Source of the DNA: Psammoneis japonica
Taxonomy: Eukaryota
NCBI GenBank assembly: GCA_008632985.1
Contig: QPGO01000309.1
Coordinates: 1-63,044, forward strand
DNA length: 63,044 nt
Direction of reading: 5' to 3'
The position numbers were made by a program, and so were the translations under genes. Shown here piece after piece: positions 13,601 to 26,699 of the stretch. A model generated the notes under the pieces. That model was not told where the DNA came from. It was given only the letters and a program-made list of their open reading frames with translations, and did not search any database. Every line of letters starts with the position of its first letter. The stretch's first letter is position 1.

Positions 13601-15340
13601 AGAAACTTGCACAAATGCCAAAAACCAGCCCACTCTGTCTGAAGCTGGAGCCTCACATGCCACAAAAAAACTCTGACCCACTTCTCTGTGCGGGCGTGGG
13701 CAAGCTTTGCACTGCAGAAACAAGAAAAACCAAAATCTAATTTTAAGTGCTGTTGCACCTTTGCCCAGCAACGCTGGCGCCGGCCAACCCACACTTCCAG
13801 TGCACCCCACAAAGGGTGTGGCAGAAGATCGTGCGATCAGTCGGTCAACACGCCGCTGTGCAGCGACGCGCACCAGAGATAAAAGGTCAAGGAAAAATTG
13901 CACCAGAATGAGATCATTGCTTTCTTTTGAAGAGGATTTAATGCACCCAAACTGCCACAGCAAAAGACAATCACGTCAAGTAGAGAATTCAAGTCAGCGC
14001 AAACTCTTGTCAACAAAGACTGACAGAATTTACAGCTGCATGGACCAGAACAACAGCACGCAGTTCACTGCGTGGAACAGTGATCTTGGCAGGCCAGCAA
14101 GTAGAAAAGGGGATGTTCAGGACTGGCAAGGATGAAACAGGAAGTCTTGCTGATGCAACGAGAAGGTCGTCAGAAGAAACATTGTTCTCGCGCACAATTG
14201 ACACTGAATCTTGCATGGAAAAGCCGATCTGCGCAGCAAATGGACGGTCGTCAGGTGATGCCGATGGTTTGTCCATGTGAACACTTGCAGGCGCCACAAC
14301 AGGGACAGTGCTTTCATGACAGAAATTGAAGGCAAATGGCAAGAATTCAAACAATGACTCCTCACTGCTGTCTAAACAGCAGATGAGTCTCCGCTCAGAG
14401 ACCGTCACAGGAGCCGAAAGACGTGCAAGTCGGCATGATTGGGCCACTGTTGTCATTCTTGTGAGCCGTGTGGCTCGAAAGCAAACTGCATCGCGCGTTG
14501 CGCGGGGAACTAAAAGCACACATGATTGTGTGTGATGAGCCAATTAAAGTCTTGTTCAAATCTTGTCATTTCACCACATGAGGTGAAGAACTTGAGCAGC
14601 CAGTGGAAGCAAAAAAGAAATTGTTGGGGGCTTTCGGGTGTGGTGGGAAGTTGATCGCATCAGAGACGCAATGACAGTTGGTGTGCAAAAAAATGCCAAA
14701 CAAGACAACAAGCATGCAAACCATGAGATGTCGACGCCAGTCGTTTGTGGAAGGGGCCAAAAGGTTGACGGGGGACCTGGTGAAACGCCATCTGAAAAGG
14801 GCGACATCAGTGCGAGAGCATGCGCAGAAACACATGCAGGGGCTGCCAGTGGGTGCTCACGTGAAAAAGTGCACTGCAGAAACAAGAGATGCCATGAGTG
14901 CAGCAAAAGCATGAGAAAACACTCCTCAGATTTGCTGGCATTTTCCTCAGAGCATTGAAAACATTGTGCGCTGGCAAGGCCCAGGTGATGCGTGGAAGGT
15001 GCAGCAACTCACATCTGGCCCTGGGCACTGAGCTGGCTCACACGGATTTGCAGAGGGGGTGAGAGCGCAAACCGACTGAGCTTGCACAGAGAGCACGTGC
15101 CACCTGGAAGCCAAGGAGAGCAGAGCTGCTGAAGTCAAAAGTGTGCAGAGGAAAACCTGCACAAAGTGTTTGCAGGGTTGGTTGATCTTGTCTCTGATGT
15201 GCCAACGCACACTTCCCTTGTCTTCAAAAGAAGAACGTCCCAGCCAACTGGCCAGAAAACCAACCGCAGCCAGTCAAAACAACTTCCACACACACGGTGG
15301 AAGCTCGCAACAACTCCGATCGCTGGAATGACCCGCCAAA
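10625..15340. other. TpA-depleted decayed domain 2; original content not identifiable (boundaries approximate)
   Basis: Sharp loss of TA after ~10620. The 13.8-15.3 kb part keeps many CpG yet is still TA-poor. Confidence 0.8.
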
Positions 15341-15577
15341 ATGTCGGATAATGACTCGGACATCCGACCGGACACATGACTCCTCCACCCAAAAACTAAT
15401 GTCACACCGTCAAATAACGTTCCCGAACACCTGCTTTCCGTTGTCGTAAATTTGTACCAAAACGACACCAACGCGCACCGCACCTCTCACGCCTTTCGAG
15501 CAGATTACCCGGAGGCCCCATGGCGAACGCTACCCGCCAAAAATACTAAGAGGTGGTTGCTGATCATCATCATCATC

Positions 15578-16772
15578 ATGGGATTGTTGGGGAAGCGATG
15601 CGTCCGGATCGCCGTCACGTTGATTTTAGTGCAGACAGCACATCTTGCTTCTATTCAGCTAGCATATCTTTTCCGCTTCAGTCTTTCGGACCTTCGTGAT
15701 GATGAGCAATACGACGTAGCTGCGATTGTGAATTCGAACGAGAAGGTTCAGAATTTAAACAATAAAGAAAACAGAACGTTGGTGATTTTAATGGGAAACT
15801 TGCGATGCGGTGAGCTTGCATGGGAAACCCTTTACAGAAATGTGTTGGATGTCAATTCAGCAGATCTGGCTCTCTTTACGCAAGAGCCCCCACCGCAATA
15901 TCAAAACGCATCCATCCTAACGAGAGCAAAGTATGTGTACAAATACCCCAAGTACGATGATTGGGCCGATGCTGTGGACTTGATAAATGGGACGGCATGG
16001 CGTGGACGTTTGTTCCCAATCTACAACAGGCAGAACATTGCGCTTGGAGGCATGGGAAACTTGAGAGGGAGCGGTACAATCATTTTCATGTATCGATGGT
16101 TCATCTCACAACGCATCCAAGAACTTGAATGGACGAACAAGTATGATCGCTTTGTCATTTCACGAACAGATCATTACTACACGGCCCCTCATGATTTGTC
16201 GGACCTTGATAATCATCACATGTGGGTGCCAGCAGGAGAAGACTGGCGAGGAATATGTGATCGGCACTTGGTAGTAAACTCAACCTCCGTCTTGAAAGCT
16301 CTTAATGTACTTCCACCCATTATTGAAAACCCCGAAAAGTTTAAAGCGCAACTCTCTGCGGAGTTGGCTACAACTCGGAACAGCTGCTCGAGGTACGCTG
16401 GGGACAAGAGGGGCTCATGGGTTCCGTGAAGCGTTTTCCACGAATGATGTTTATTTGTGGTGTTCCTGGAGACCAAGTCGGAATAAATCCCCTCCAAACC
16501 ATGACAGAAGAGGGAGTGCAACCCAAGTACAGGGGAGAATATGCCCTTGCCAAATCAATAAGTGAGAAGCAATTCGACTGTGGATGTCCTGGGAGTTGCA
16601 GTTTTCTTTCACTGAGCAAAGTCCACGGAAAATGCCGTTTTCGTGCCTAGAGAGGATAAAGTATATGATGAAACAGCACGAGATGAGTCAGAATGCATCT
16701 TGTACTCATGCGGCAGATTCAGGAGCTTGTGGACCCGAGTGCAATCCGAGAAATTGTGTCGCAGCAACGTAA
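15578..16772 (+). CDS. Putative glycosyltransferase-like type II membrane protein with C-terminal Cys-rich domain, copy 1. Two -1 frameshifts (~16360, ~16631): pseudogene or consensus errors.
   Basis: Colinear with the intact paralogue 23622-24809. N-terminal hydrophobic anchor, YDRFVISRTD motif, CGCP..C..C domain. Confidence 0.75.
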
Positions 16773-17099
16773 ATTTTGAATAGTGAAGAAATTAAAAATA
16801 TATCAAAATGGCGGCCGCAGCACTCTACACACTCGTGTCCAAGCAGAGACAATCTACAAATCGGCAGTCAGAACACTCGAAGAAAACCATGAATGTGACT
16901 GGCTTTAATATTGCTAGTATTGTTGGTTGGTTCTCTCGCTGAAGAACCTCTCAAACAGTGTTAGTTACAATGATTTCTCAATCTAACGGTTGGTGCGAAC
17001 GGCTACGGTACACCGCACTCACGCTGTATTTTAACTGTAGGCTCAGTCAAGGCAGCTCCTGTGCACGTAGCACTGTTATAGCAAATTGCCGAACAAGTA

Positions 17100-18335
17100 T
17101 TACATTTCTTGTTTGACTTTTGTGAGCAGGTCATTTTCATGATTCACCACCGTAACTGTCGTGTTTGCGTACATGTGGTAGTAACCAAAGTCACCAAACT
17201 GCAGTTCTTTGCCTCGCTTTGCCATGATAATGTTCTTTCCTCCAAAGAAGCTTGCTACTTGTGAATTTCCACCCTGGACACTGATAAAGCGCTTGCACAA
17301 AGCGCCCAACGAGAAAATCATAAGGTTGACCGCTTCCGGATCCAAATCATCCACTAGATCATCCAGGAGTACCACACTGCCATTCGGGACAAATTCGTTT
17401 CGAATCATTTCCTTGTCTCCAAAGGTAATGTTTTTATCATCAGCTTCCACGAGTTCCTTACGTTGCAGTCGATTGTATATTACATGATAGTTGGGTACCA
17501 GATAGTTTAGAATGTCGCGCAATACAGGAATCGGAATGAAATTCACCGTTCCACCCACATGCGTCTCGGGAGTATACTTGTTAAAAATCATAACCAGTGG
17601 TTTGTCAAGTTGAACGTCATCTCTGTGATAGAATGATTTGTAATCTGGCATGGTCCAGTTGGACTTTGGGAAATCTTTGAGTGGTCTATGAATGGTGAAA
17701 CCAAATGGATTTCCCGGGGGAGTGTCATGGCGTTGCGCTGACGACCTTTATAGATGGAATGGTTAATGAAAACCAATACAGATAGGTTGTGCCTTCAAGA
17801 CCCCATGTTTCCACCGGACAGTACAAGCTCGTGTCGTACACATGTTGCACCACTGCACCAATCTCATACCCGAATTCTATCATGACAAAATAGAAAATAT
17901 TCAAAAGGTGAGTGCCATATACTGCAGTGTGAGAAACACATCTTGTCGCAAACACGTTGAATATATGATAGTTACTCGGTCGACAACAACAGCATACGTA
18001 CCTCCTTTAAACATTCCAATTTTACACACCTTCTTAGTTCCGGTAATTATTCGTAGGGTATGTCTGTAGTCTTTGATTCGTTGGTCGATCCGAGCTTGGT
18101 AGGATTGGAACTCATCTCCAGCAAATGGAAGGATCCAGTCTGGTAATAACGGCTTGGCGGCAGTCTCATTACGAGGCAATTCCAATCGATGATTGTCTGA
18201 TGTGCTCATCATCATCAACGAGGGCTGGTATGACCACAGCCACGATAGCTCCAAACACAAAAAGGCGAGAAAAACGACTCGACAACAGAGACGCTTTCCT
18301 CCGCGTAATCGCACCTCATTCTCGTTTGCGGTCAT
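17100..18335 (-). CDS. Uncharacterised glycosyltransferase-like protein (GEFGYE family), copy 1. Intron 17877-18001; two -1 frameshifts (~17770, ~17718).
   Basis: Splicing gives KG|EFGYE. Colinear with paralogue 25113-26449. Motifs WTMPDYK, NKYTPE, FISVQGG. Confidence 0.75.
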
Positions 18336-19106
18336 GGCTGTTGTCCCGGGTCTCTAACACATGGCAAGCGAAATATGAGTGACCAGTGACACACGCGGGA
18401 AACAGAAGAGAGCTGGCGGTTGATACTCGGAGGCGTCTCTCAGTTTTTAATAGACTAATGCCGGCATGCAGCCACGCATGATGCAAATCGCTTTTGGGGG
18501 GTTGCGATTTATTGGGGTCGTCGGAATGGTTATTACACCCCACACCCCTGCGGTCACTTTGTCCATACAACAATGTCTTCATACATGCATTGGTTCATAA
18601 CAAAAATGAAATTGAACGGAAAAATGAATTCGCGCCATTTCCGTTGCTGCACGCTGGCGAGCCCATGACGCACGCAAGAACGAAACACGCGTACGCACTG
18701 TTTGTACCGGTGCGACGTACGTACGAGAGACGCTCAACATGCACCTTTTGAAAACAAATCGTCGAATTTACAAGTCGGAAAGACATGAACAGGAAGATGA
18801 ACACAAAACAGCATGCATGCATGGAGACTCAGAGATCAAGGAGACAAAGGAGAACTGCTGAGGAGCCTTTCTGACAGCAGCGTGCCCACACTGCATTTTG
18901 TGCTCACTCAAGTTGCTGGGTCATTGTCGCGGAGTGTGGTGGGCAGGAGAAGGAGGGGAGAAAAAGTTGATGAAAAAAATCCCACGCAGAAAACATGCCA
19001 GGCCTGTGCAGGCTCGCAAATTGCCCACATTTTGCCGGGTCATGCACTGGAGACAGAAGACGAGGGCAATCAGGCCACACTGCAACAATGTTGTGACCCC
19101 GCAAAC

Positions 19107-19903
19107 GACGCGCTCCAGCTCCAGGTGGGATCTCGCACTGCTGGGCTGTGACATCAATGGTTTTTTGGATTGCGTCGCATGTCACGCACGTGCATTTCCA
19201 TGTGTGACATTCTGCGAAATCGTCTCATGCTCCCTGTTTTGCGAAGCCAAAGGCTCTCCATTTTCAACGCTTGTGAGACGGGCTCCAGTCCCAGGTGGGA
19301 CTTTTTGTGACATTGGGCCCGCAGAATTCTACGTGCAAGCTCCGCAGTAAAATTGTCAAGCAATGGATGTGTGAATGATCACCAACAGAAAAAGAGGCAA
19401 TTTTGCGAACGCATCTCCTCCTCCACACTTGAAGCACATTCTTTGCAGCATGCCCAGGTGTGTTCTTTAGACACCAAAGAACATGCCCAGCGCATTTTTA
19501 TTGACACAAGTGCAGATGACAGAAAGCCTTTGGCTTCGCAAAACAGGCAGTGTGGAACAATTTTTTGTGGTGGAACATGTAGAAATGTGCGCGCAAAACA
19601 TGCGACGGATGACAAAAAATGATTGTGTCACAGTTCAGCAGTGCGAGGTCCCACCTGGAGCTGGAACACGTTGTGAGAATGAAAATGCGCTGGGTGTGTT
19701 CTTTGATGTCTGAAGAACACACCCGGGCAAACTGTCAGTGATGCGCTGCAATTGTGAAGGAGGAGATGCGTTCATGAAATTGCCTCTTTTTCTGTTGGCG
19801 ATCACACATGTTTTCATTGCAGTGTGAATTTGCTGCGGAGCTCGCACGCAGAATTCTGCGGGCCCAATGTCACACCGAGTCCCACCCAGGACTGGAACCC
19901 GTC
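19107..19903. mobile_element. MITE copy B (outer), interrupted by copy C
   Basis: TIRs gacgcgctccagctccaggtggga / tcccacccaggactggaacccgtc, flanked by direct repeat caaac. Confidence 0.9.
19277..19672. mobile_element. MITE copy C, nested in copy B in the opposite orientation
   Basis: TIRs gacgggctccagtcccaggtggga / tcccacctggagctggaacacgtt; TSD gtga. Confidence 0.9.
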
Positions 19904-22900
19904 CAAACATGCAAAGCGGACATTTTTTGCTTGACAACATTTTTGTGACATGCCATCAATTGTGCCATCAAGCTGGCTCGTGCAGGGGTCTGAATGGTCA
20001 GACACAATTTTGTGAGATGTGTCCCAAAACTTTTCCAATGGCTGCCCCCCTGGCCAAATCACGATTTTTTTCTTGTCCCCCCAGCCCCGCCAATGAGAAT
20101 GGTGGCACGCACATGATTTGCAAAGTAGCCGCCATGCTGACTCAACAAGCATGACTCAGTTTCAGTGTGAATTTGTCACAGGTGTGCCACAGCCAGAAAC
20201 AGTGGAAACCACCATGCCATGGCGACTCTGCAGTTGCCATTTTCTCAATGGCGGCATCATGACCTTCAACAGCGACAACTGTCAACAGCATGTTGTGCAT
20301 CACATGAACCCATGTGTGGGTGGGAAAATCAATGTGGGACAGTGCAGCGGGCTTGTTGTCGACTCATGCGGTTGAGAAGCAAAAGGGAAAAAATTGAAAA
20401 TTTCAGCTCCTTTCTCTGCAAGCATCAGATTTCAAACCACAGCGAGGCTCGCACATGTGACACGAATCATGATTCATCAGAACATGCAAGTGTCTTGCTG
20501 AGATTGTGGTTGTTGATGGAGCACATTGAGTTTGCTGCCACCGCTGTTGTTGTGTTTCGACAAGTCAAGAAAAAAATTAAAATGCCCAACATTCGTCATG
20601 CTTGAAGATGTGCAACTCACCACAGGTTCTTCACATTAAACAGCTCATCATGTGCAGAGCACACACACATTGTTTGCCTCACAAAATGTGGCAGACAGAC
20701 AGTGCACTTGTGTTTTTTGCTGTGCATGACGTGCATTGATGACTTGACACAAACATTGGGCTTGCCACCAGAAAAAAAGCAAATCAACATCCAGCCCAAA
20801 AAAAAACAGGTGGGCTCACAAAAAAAGCCCTGCACTTCCATTTTGATCTTTGGGCCATCTAACCCAATGATCTTGGGCTCAAATGACTTTGACACTTTTG
20901 GTGCAGCCATGCACAAGCTGGCCATGAGTCCCACATGGCAGCAGAGTTTCAGATGGGTCAAAGGACACCAGGGTGCAGGACCATTTCACACCCCAAATGT
21001 TGGTGGGTGGGCCTGGCTCCACAGTGTTTAGATGGAAAACTTGGCCAAAGCAAGGCAGCAAGGAAAAGCCAAAGGCCATGAAAATGACCACTGCTCCCGG
21101 TTGCCCTCAAGACAAAATGAAGCCAGTGGCTGCATGCGGCGTGCAACAGAAAGCATCAGAAAAAATTGCTGCACAAGTGGGGAACATGGCCCCAGCTGTG
21201 GGGGCTGAAAGAATCATGCTGCAAAGGCAGGAGATGCCACAACCTTGGCTTGGAGAAATTGGCATCAAGCAGAGCTGCAAGAATGCAGTGTGCCTCCCTC
21301 AAATTGTTCTGCATTGTTTGACACATGCTGCTTCAACCTGGTCATTTGTTTTGCGTGTGAATTCAGCCAAAGTGGATGGCAATTAAAAGTCATTGTGCAG
21401 TTGTTGTTTTTGCCAGCAATCACAGCATGTTCTCCACTGGCTGTCTGGAGCTGCAACTCAGAAATTGTGGCCCAGCATGCAGTCAAGAGCTGAGGAAAAA
21501 CAGAGGAGTCATGTCAGGCCAACACTTGGATGTGGCATTTTCCAGATGTCAGGAATGTTTCCTGGCACACCAGGTCTCAGCACACAACTGTCATTGTGGC
21601 ATTGTGTGCTGGCACCAGGTGCAGTCATTTCTGATGCCAGGGTGGATCCCCCAGTTGCTGACATTTCAAGTCATTTGTTGCCATGATTCGGTTCTTTGAG
21701 CAACAGTTGGTTGAGATGGATGATGATGTCACAATGGCTGCCAATGTCAGGAAGCACTGACAACATTCAAAAAGTTTCAGTCACAGAACAACAGCCACAA
21801 CACTCCATGAAAATGAGAGCACTCAAGTGTGTGAAGCGATTGGAGCACAGTCTGCAGCAGGTCAACATTTTGCAGCAATGCTGTGCTGCGGTGTGCTGTC
21901 AGAAGCAAGGGTCAGCCAGCACCAACGTTGCTGGGCAAAGGTGTTGACAGCACTCACAAACCAAATTTGTTTTGTTCTGCATTGGGTTGACAACCCACTT
22001 CCATGTGAACATGCAGATGATGTCAGAAACAAGCAGGCGTGGTGAAGGGCTGCAGCTCACTTAAATCTTGGCAAGTTGGGGCCACAAGAGACTGCCCCAT
22101 TTGACTTGAAAACAAGCTGGTTCCACCATGATCTCTCATCACATCAAAAAATTGTTGCCTGTTCTTTGCAGCGGCTGACACTTTCTTGTCATGAGGCTGG
22201 AAGTCTCACAAACTTTTTCAAGCTTCTTTTTGGCCAGAGTCAATGAAGAACAATTGCCCAATGTGGGCAAGATGTGCAAAAGACATTGTTTTTGAGACAT
22301 GGCTTGCTTCTTGAGACCATTTTGTTCCACTTCTTGTTGTGTCAGCAGCAACACAGCTGGCAGTGTGGTGCTGCAATGCTTGGTGTTGTGGCTGCAGTTG
22401 GTGTGCAGTCAAATTGCTCTCTTTGTGGTCTTCCATTCCTGGCATTGTTTGTCCCTGTTTCAACCCTTAAAAAGCATCAACAAGAAAGAAATGATGTGCT
22501 CTGCATCGTGGGAGAAGCTTGCAGCTCATCCTCGTCATGAAAATCATCTGGAGAGGTTGCTGAGCTCACATGTGTGCACTGCGTTGCAGTGCACTGTCTG
22601 CCCCACATTTGGAAGAGTGGTGGTGCCAAACAGAAAAGGATTGGCACCTTGTGTTGGCTTGCCTCCCTGGCCATGGCTGGCAAAATCCAACTGACCAAGC
22701 TTGGCAACCAAGCTTGCTGTGAAAAGCGAGTCAAAATGCGCCAGCACTTGCAGAACATGTGAGCGCAGCTCTTCTGGCCAACCAGCCATGTGTCCTGCAA
22801 GGGCTTGGTGAGCAGGTGCCCAAGAAGTTCCTTGCAGTGCTGGTTGGAAGCCAGTGTCATCAAACTCCATCAGGGCAAACTGGCCCTGGCGAGATTTTCA

Positions 22901-23621
22901 ACAACAGCGCAGCTGGTTGGGTGCATGAAAACCCAGCCCAGCAGCTGCATCTGATCTTTGCTGGTGGCGCAAGGTGCGCAACAGTGTGCGACAACTGTCA
23001 GCAGCCAGAAATGACAAGATGCTGCTGCAACCCAGCCATGCAATGTGGCTGGGCCATGCCTTGGCTGCCCTTGAAGGGGGGGGCATGAAGCTTTTGTTCA
23101 TTGCCTCGGCATGCTGATCTTGGTGTGGGGCCCTTGCTGCAGAGGTGTGCAGCGGCATTGGCAGCTCAGAGTGGCTGGCACTTCAAGCTGGAAGCGCTGG
23201 CACCTGCTGCGGCACAGGCACAATGTTGGTGTTGGGCGGGGCTGCTGCCTGGTCTGGATCATTGCTCTGCCCTCGTTGAGCTGCCGTGGTTGTTGTTGTG
23301 GCGGTGCACTGTTCACTGTCCTCGCCACAAGTCTTCTTCTTGGGAGCACGACACAGCAGCTCTTGGTTTGCTCTTCGAGAGAATGAGAGCGATGAAACTC
23401 CACAGAACAGCAGCCGTTGTTCCTGTGCTCGCGCAAGCTCGTTCAAATTGTTTGTTTGCGGTGACGATGACCCTGACAACGGCCGGAGGGTGGGTCATTT
23501 CGACTCGTGACTCGCTCGTCGAATCATTCCACGAGGTGGATGAGTGATGCGGTGATGGGTGATGGCGAATGGCAAAATGTGACCCTGCCAAAAAGAGGGG
23601 TGATTAGATTGGCCAATCATC

Positions 23622-24809
23622 ATGGGATCATTGGGGAAGCGCTGCGTCTGGATCACCATCACATTGATTTTAGTGCAGGCAGCATATCTTGCTTCTGTTC
23701 AGCTAGCTTGCCTTTTCCGATTCAGTCTTCCAAACATCCTTAATCTGCAGTGCGTCGCTGCGCTTGCGAATGCCACTGAGAAGGTTCAAAAAACGAACAA
23801 TGCAAACAGAACGTTGGTGATTCTAAGTGGAAACTTACGATGCGGTGAGCTAGCGTGGGAAACCCTGTACAAAAATGTTTTGGATGTAAATTCAGCTGAT
23901 CTGGCTTTGCTCACCCAAGAGCCCGCGCCGCAATATCAGAACGCATCCATCCTAAAGAGAGCAAAGTATGTTTACAAATACCCCAAGTATGATGATTGGG
24001 CCGATGCTGTTGACTTGATCAATGGGACCGCATGGCGAGGGCGTTTGTTTCCAATCTACAACAGGCACAACATTGCGCTTGGAGGCATGGGAAACATAAC
24101 GGGGAGTGGCGCAATCGTATTCATGTTTAGATGGTTTATCTCGCAACGCATCAAAGAACTCGGATGGACTAAGAAGTATGATCGCTTTGTCATTTCAAGA
24201 AATGATCATTATTACACGGCTCCTCATAACCTCTCGGACCTCGATAATCATCACATGTGGGTGCCAGCAGGACAAGACTTTAAGGGGATATGTGATCGTC
24301 ATTTGGTGGTTAACTCAACCTCGGTCTTGAAAGCTCTTGATGTACTTCCACCTATCATTGAAAACCCGGACAAGTTTGAAGCGCAACTGACTGCTGGAGC
24401 CGGCTTCAATGGAGAACAGCTTCTTGCGGTACGCTGGAGACAAGAGGGGCTCATGGGTTCCGTGAGACGTTTTCAACGAATGATGTTCATTTGCGGTTCT
24501 CCTGGAGACCAAGTTGGAACTCACCCCCTCCAAAATATGACGGAAGAGGGAGTGCAACCCAAGTACAGTGGAGAATACGCCCGTGCTAAATCGAGAGGTG
24601 AGAAACAAATCGACTGTGGATGTCCGGGACGTTGCAGCACTCTTTCACTGAGCAGAGTCCATGGTAGCATGCCGCATTCGTGCCTGGAGCGGGTACAGTT
24701 TATGATGAAAAAGCACGGGATGAGTCAGAATGCATCATGTGCTCATGCGGTAGATTCAGGAGCTTGTGGATCCGATTGCAACCCGAATAATTGTGTCGCG
24801 GCATCGTAA
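23622..24809 (+). CDS. Putative glycosyltransferase-like type II membrane protein with C-terminal Cys-rich domain, copy 2 (intact, 395 aa)
   Basis: Uninterrupted ORF, N-terminal TM segment, paralogue of 15578-16772. Confidence 0.85.
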   Translation: MGSLGKRCVWITITLILVQAAYLASVQLACLFRFSLPNILNLQCVAALANATEKVQKTNNANRTLVILSGNLRCGELAWETLYKNVLDVNSADLALLTQEPAPQYQNASILKRAKYVYKYPKYDDWADAVDLINGTAWRGRLFPIYNRHNIALGGMGNITGSGAIVFMFRWFISQRIKELGWTKKYDRFVISRNDHYYTAPHNLSDLDNHHMWVPAGQDFKGICDRHLVVNSTSVLKALDVLPPIIENPDKFEAQLTAGAGFNGEQLLAVRWRQEGLMGSVRRFQRMMFICGSPGDQVGTHPLQNMTEEGVQPKYSGEYARAKSRGEKQIDCGCPGRCSTLSLSRVHGSMPHSCLERVQFMMKKHGMSQNASCAHAVDSGACGSDCNPNNCVAAS

Positions 24810-25112
24810 ATTAACATGAGGTAAAATTATTGAATATTGCAAATTGCGCCACCACAGCACTCCGCACACTCGTCCAGGCAGAGGCAATCTACAATCTTTA
24901 GTCACAACACACGAACAAGACCACGACCGTGACTGGCTTAAATTTTGCTAGTACTGATGGTTGGTCCGCTCACCGAAGAACCTCTCCAACAGGGTTAGTC
25001 GCAACGATTTCTCAATCCGAAGATTGGTGCGGACGGCTACCTCACGCGCTCACGCTGTATTTTACCTTTAGGATACCTTTCTGCAGCTCCGGTGCCTTCA
25101 GCACTGTTACGA

Positions 25113-26449
25113 TTACATTTCTTGCTTTATTCTAGTGAGCAGGTCATTTTCATTCTTCACCACCATAACTGTCGTGTTTGCGTACATGTGGTAGTATCCA
25201 AAGTCACCAAACTGAAGTTCTTTGCCTCGCTTTGCCATGATAATGTTCGTTCCTCCAAAGAAGCTTGCCACTTGTGAATTTCCTCCCTGGACACTGATAA
25301 AACGCTTGCACAGTGCGCCCAACGAAAAAATCATAAGGTTGACCGCTTCTGGATCCAGATCATCCACCAGGTCATCCAGCAGTACGACATTGCCATCCGG
25401 GACAAATTCGTTCCGAATCATTTCCTTGTCTCCAAACGTCATATTCTTGTCATCAGCTTCGTCGAGTTCCTTACGCTGCAGTCGATTGTATATTACAAAA
25501 TAGTTGGGTACCAGATAATTCAGAATATCTCGCAATACATGAATCGGGATAAAATTCACCGTTCCTCCCACATGCGTCTCGGGGGTGTACTTGTTGAAAA
25601 CCATTACCAGTGGTTTGTCAAGTTTGACGTCATCTCGCTGATAGTATGATTTGTAATCTGGCATGGTCCAGTTGGATTTCGGGAAATCTTTGAGTGATCG
25701 ATGAATGGTGGGACCAAATGGATTTCCTGGGGGGAGATTCATGGCGTTGCGCTGACGGCCTTTGTAGATGGAATGGTTCATTGAGAACCAATACAGATAC
25801 GTTGTTCCTTCTAAACCCCAGGTTTCTACCGGACAGTACAAGCTCGTGTCGTAAACGTGTTGAACCACTGCACCAATCTCATAGCCGAATTCTACGTTTG
25901 TTAAGAGAGAACGTTCAGTAGGTGAGTGTGATTTAGTAAGAGACCACTTCTGGGGTCTGAAACACGCTCTACAATAGCGCTCTCGTCCTGGCTACACGTA
26001 CCTCCTTTGAAGATGTCGATGCTGCACGACTGTTTTTCTCCAGAAATTATTCGTAGGGTATGTCGGTAGTCTTTGATTCGTTGGTCAATCCGGGCTCGGT
26101 ATGCTCGAAAGTCATCTCCAACAAATGGAAGGACCCAGTCGGGAAATGAGGAGGATGTATTGCTTGTTTTTGTTGCATTGCTTATGCTGGAACCGTTGCC
26201 AATTATCTGTCTTGGACGATGATCAGTTCCGCCATCTAGATTGTACAGCGTGGACCTGGTTTGCTCTAGCAGCAAGTGTCTGTCTTGCTCAAGCTTTGAT
26301 ATCGTATGTCTGAGGTGTTGGACGAGCTGCTCGGATTCATTGGGTTCAATCGCCTGCAATTGATTTCCTGTCAGACACTGCATGCTAAACATGTTAAATA
26401 GTACGACAAATACGCACACCGCAACAGTGGCTGCAGATTTGGAGATCAT
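25113..26449 (-). CDS. Uncharacterised glycosyltransferase-like protein (GEFGYE family), copy 2, intact. Intron 25892-26001.
   Basis: Two ORF-track pieces join in frame through a GT..AG intron at the same position as in copy 1. N-terminal signal anchor. Confidence 0.85.
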
Positions 26450-26699
26450 TTTCCCTCGAAGCGAAGGTTTGTTTCTCTTACAGCAATGGGTCCTTTCAAT
26501 TAGACCGCTCTCATTTCAATTACAGTAATGGGAAGTATCGCGTGAGGAAAGCAACAAGTGCTTCGGCAATGATCGAAAAAGTGACCTGCGAAATGCCGTT
26601 GAACGCGCGGTGATGGAACAGAATACCGTTGAAACGCTTGGTCGCGGATCGTGTCCCGCGCGTGCGTTGAACGAAACCGCGCGCACAACATCACAATGA

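Larger units (their letters stand above)
18830..23600. other. TpA-depleted decayed domain 3 (boundaries approximate)
   Basis: Near absence of TA; contains nested MITEs. Confidence 0.8.

Noticed and set aside
16355..17775. Programmed frameshifting in copy-1 genes (and in the TPR gene)
   Set aside because: These are single-base deletions relative to intact paralogues, mostly at short homopolymers. Long-read consensus error or pseudogenisation is simpler.
19107..19903. CpG methylation decay or classical RIP as the sole cause of TG/CA richness
   Set aside because: In the alignments CpGs largely persist while TA is lost, and RIP would create TA rather than remove it.
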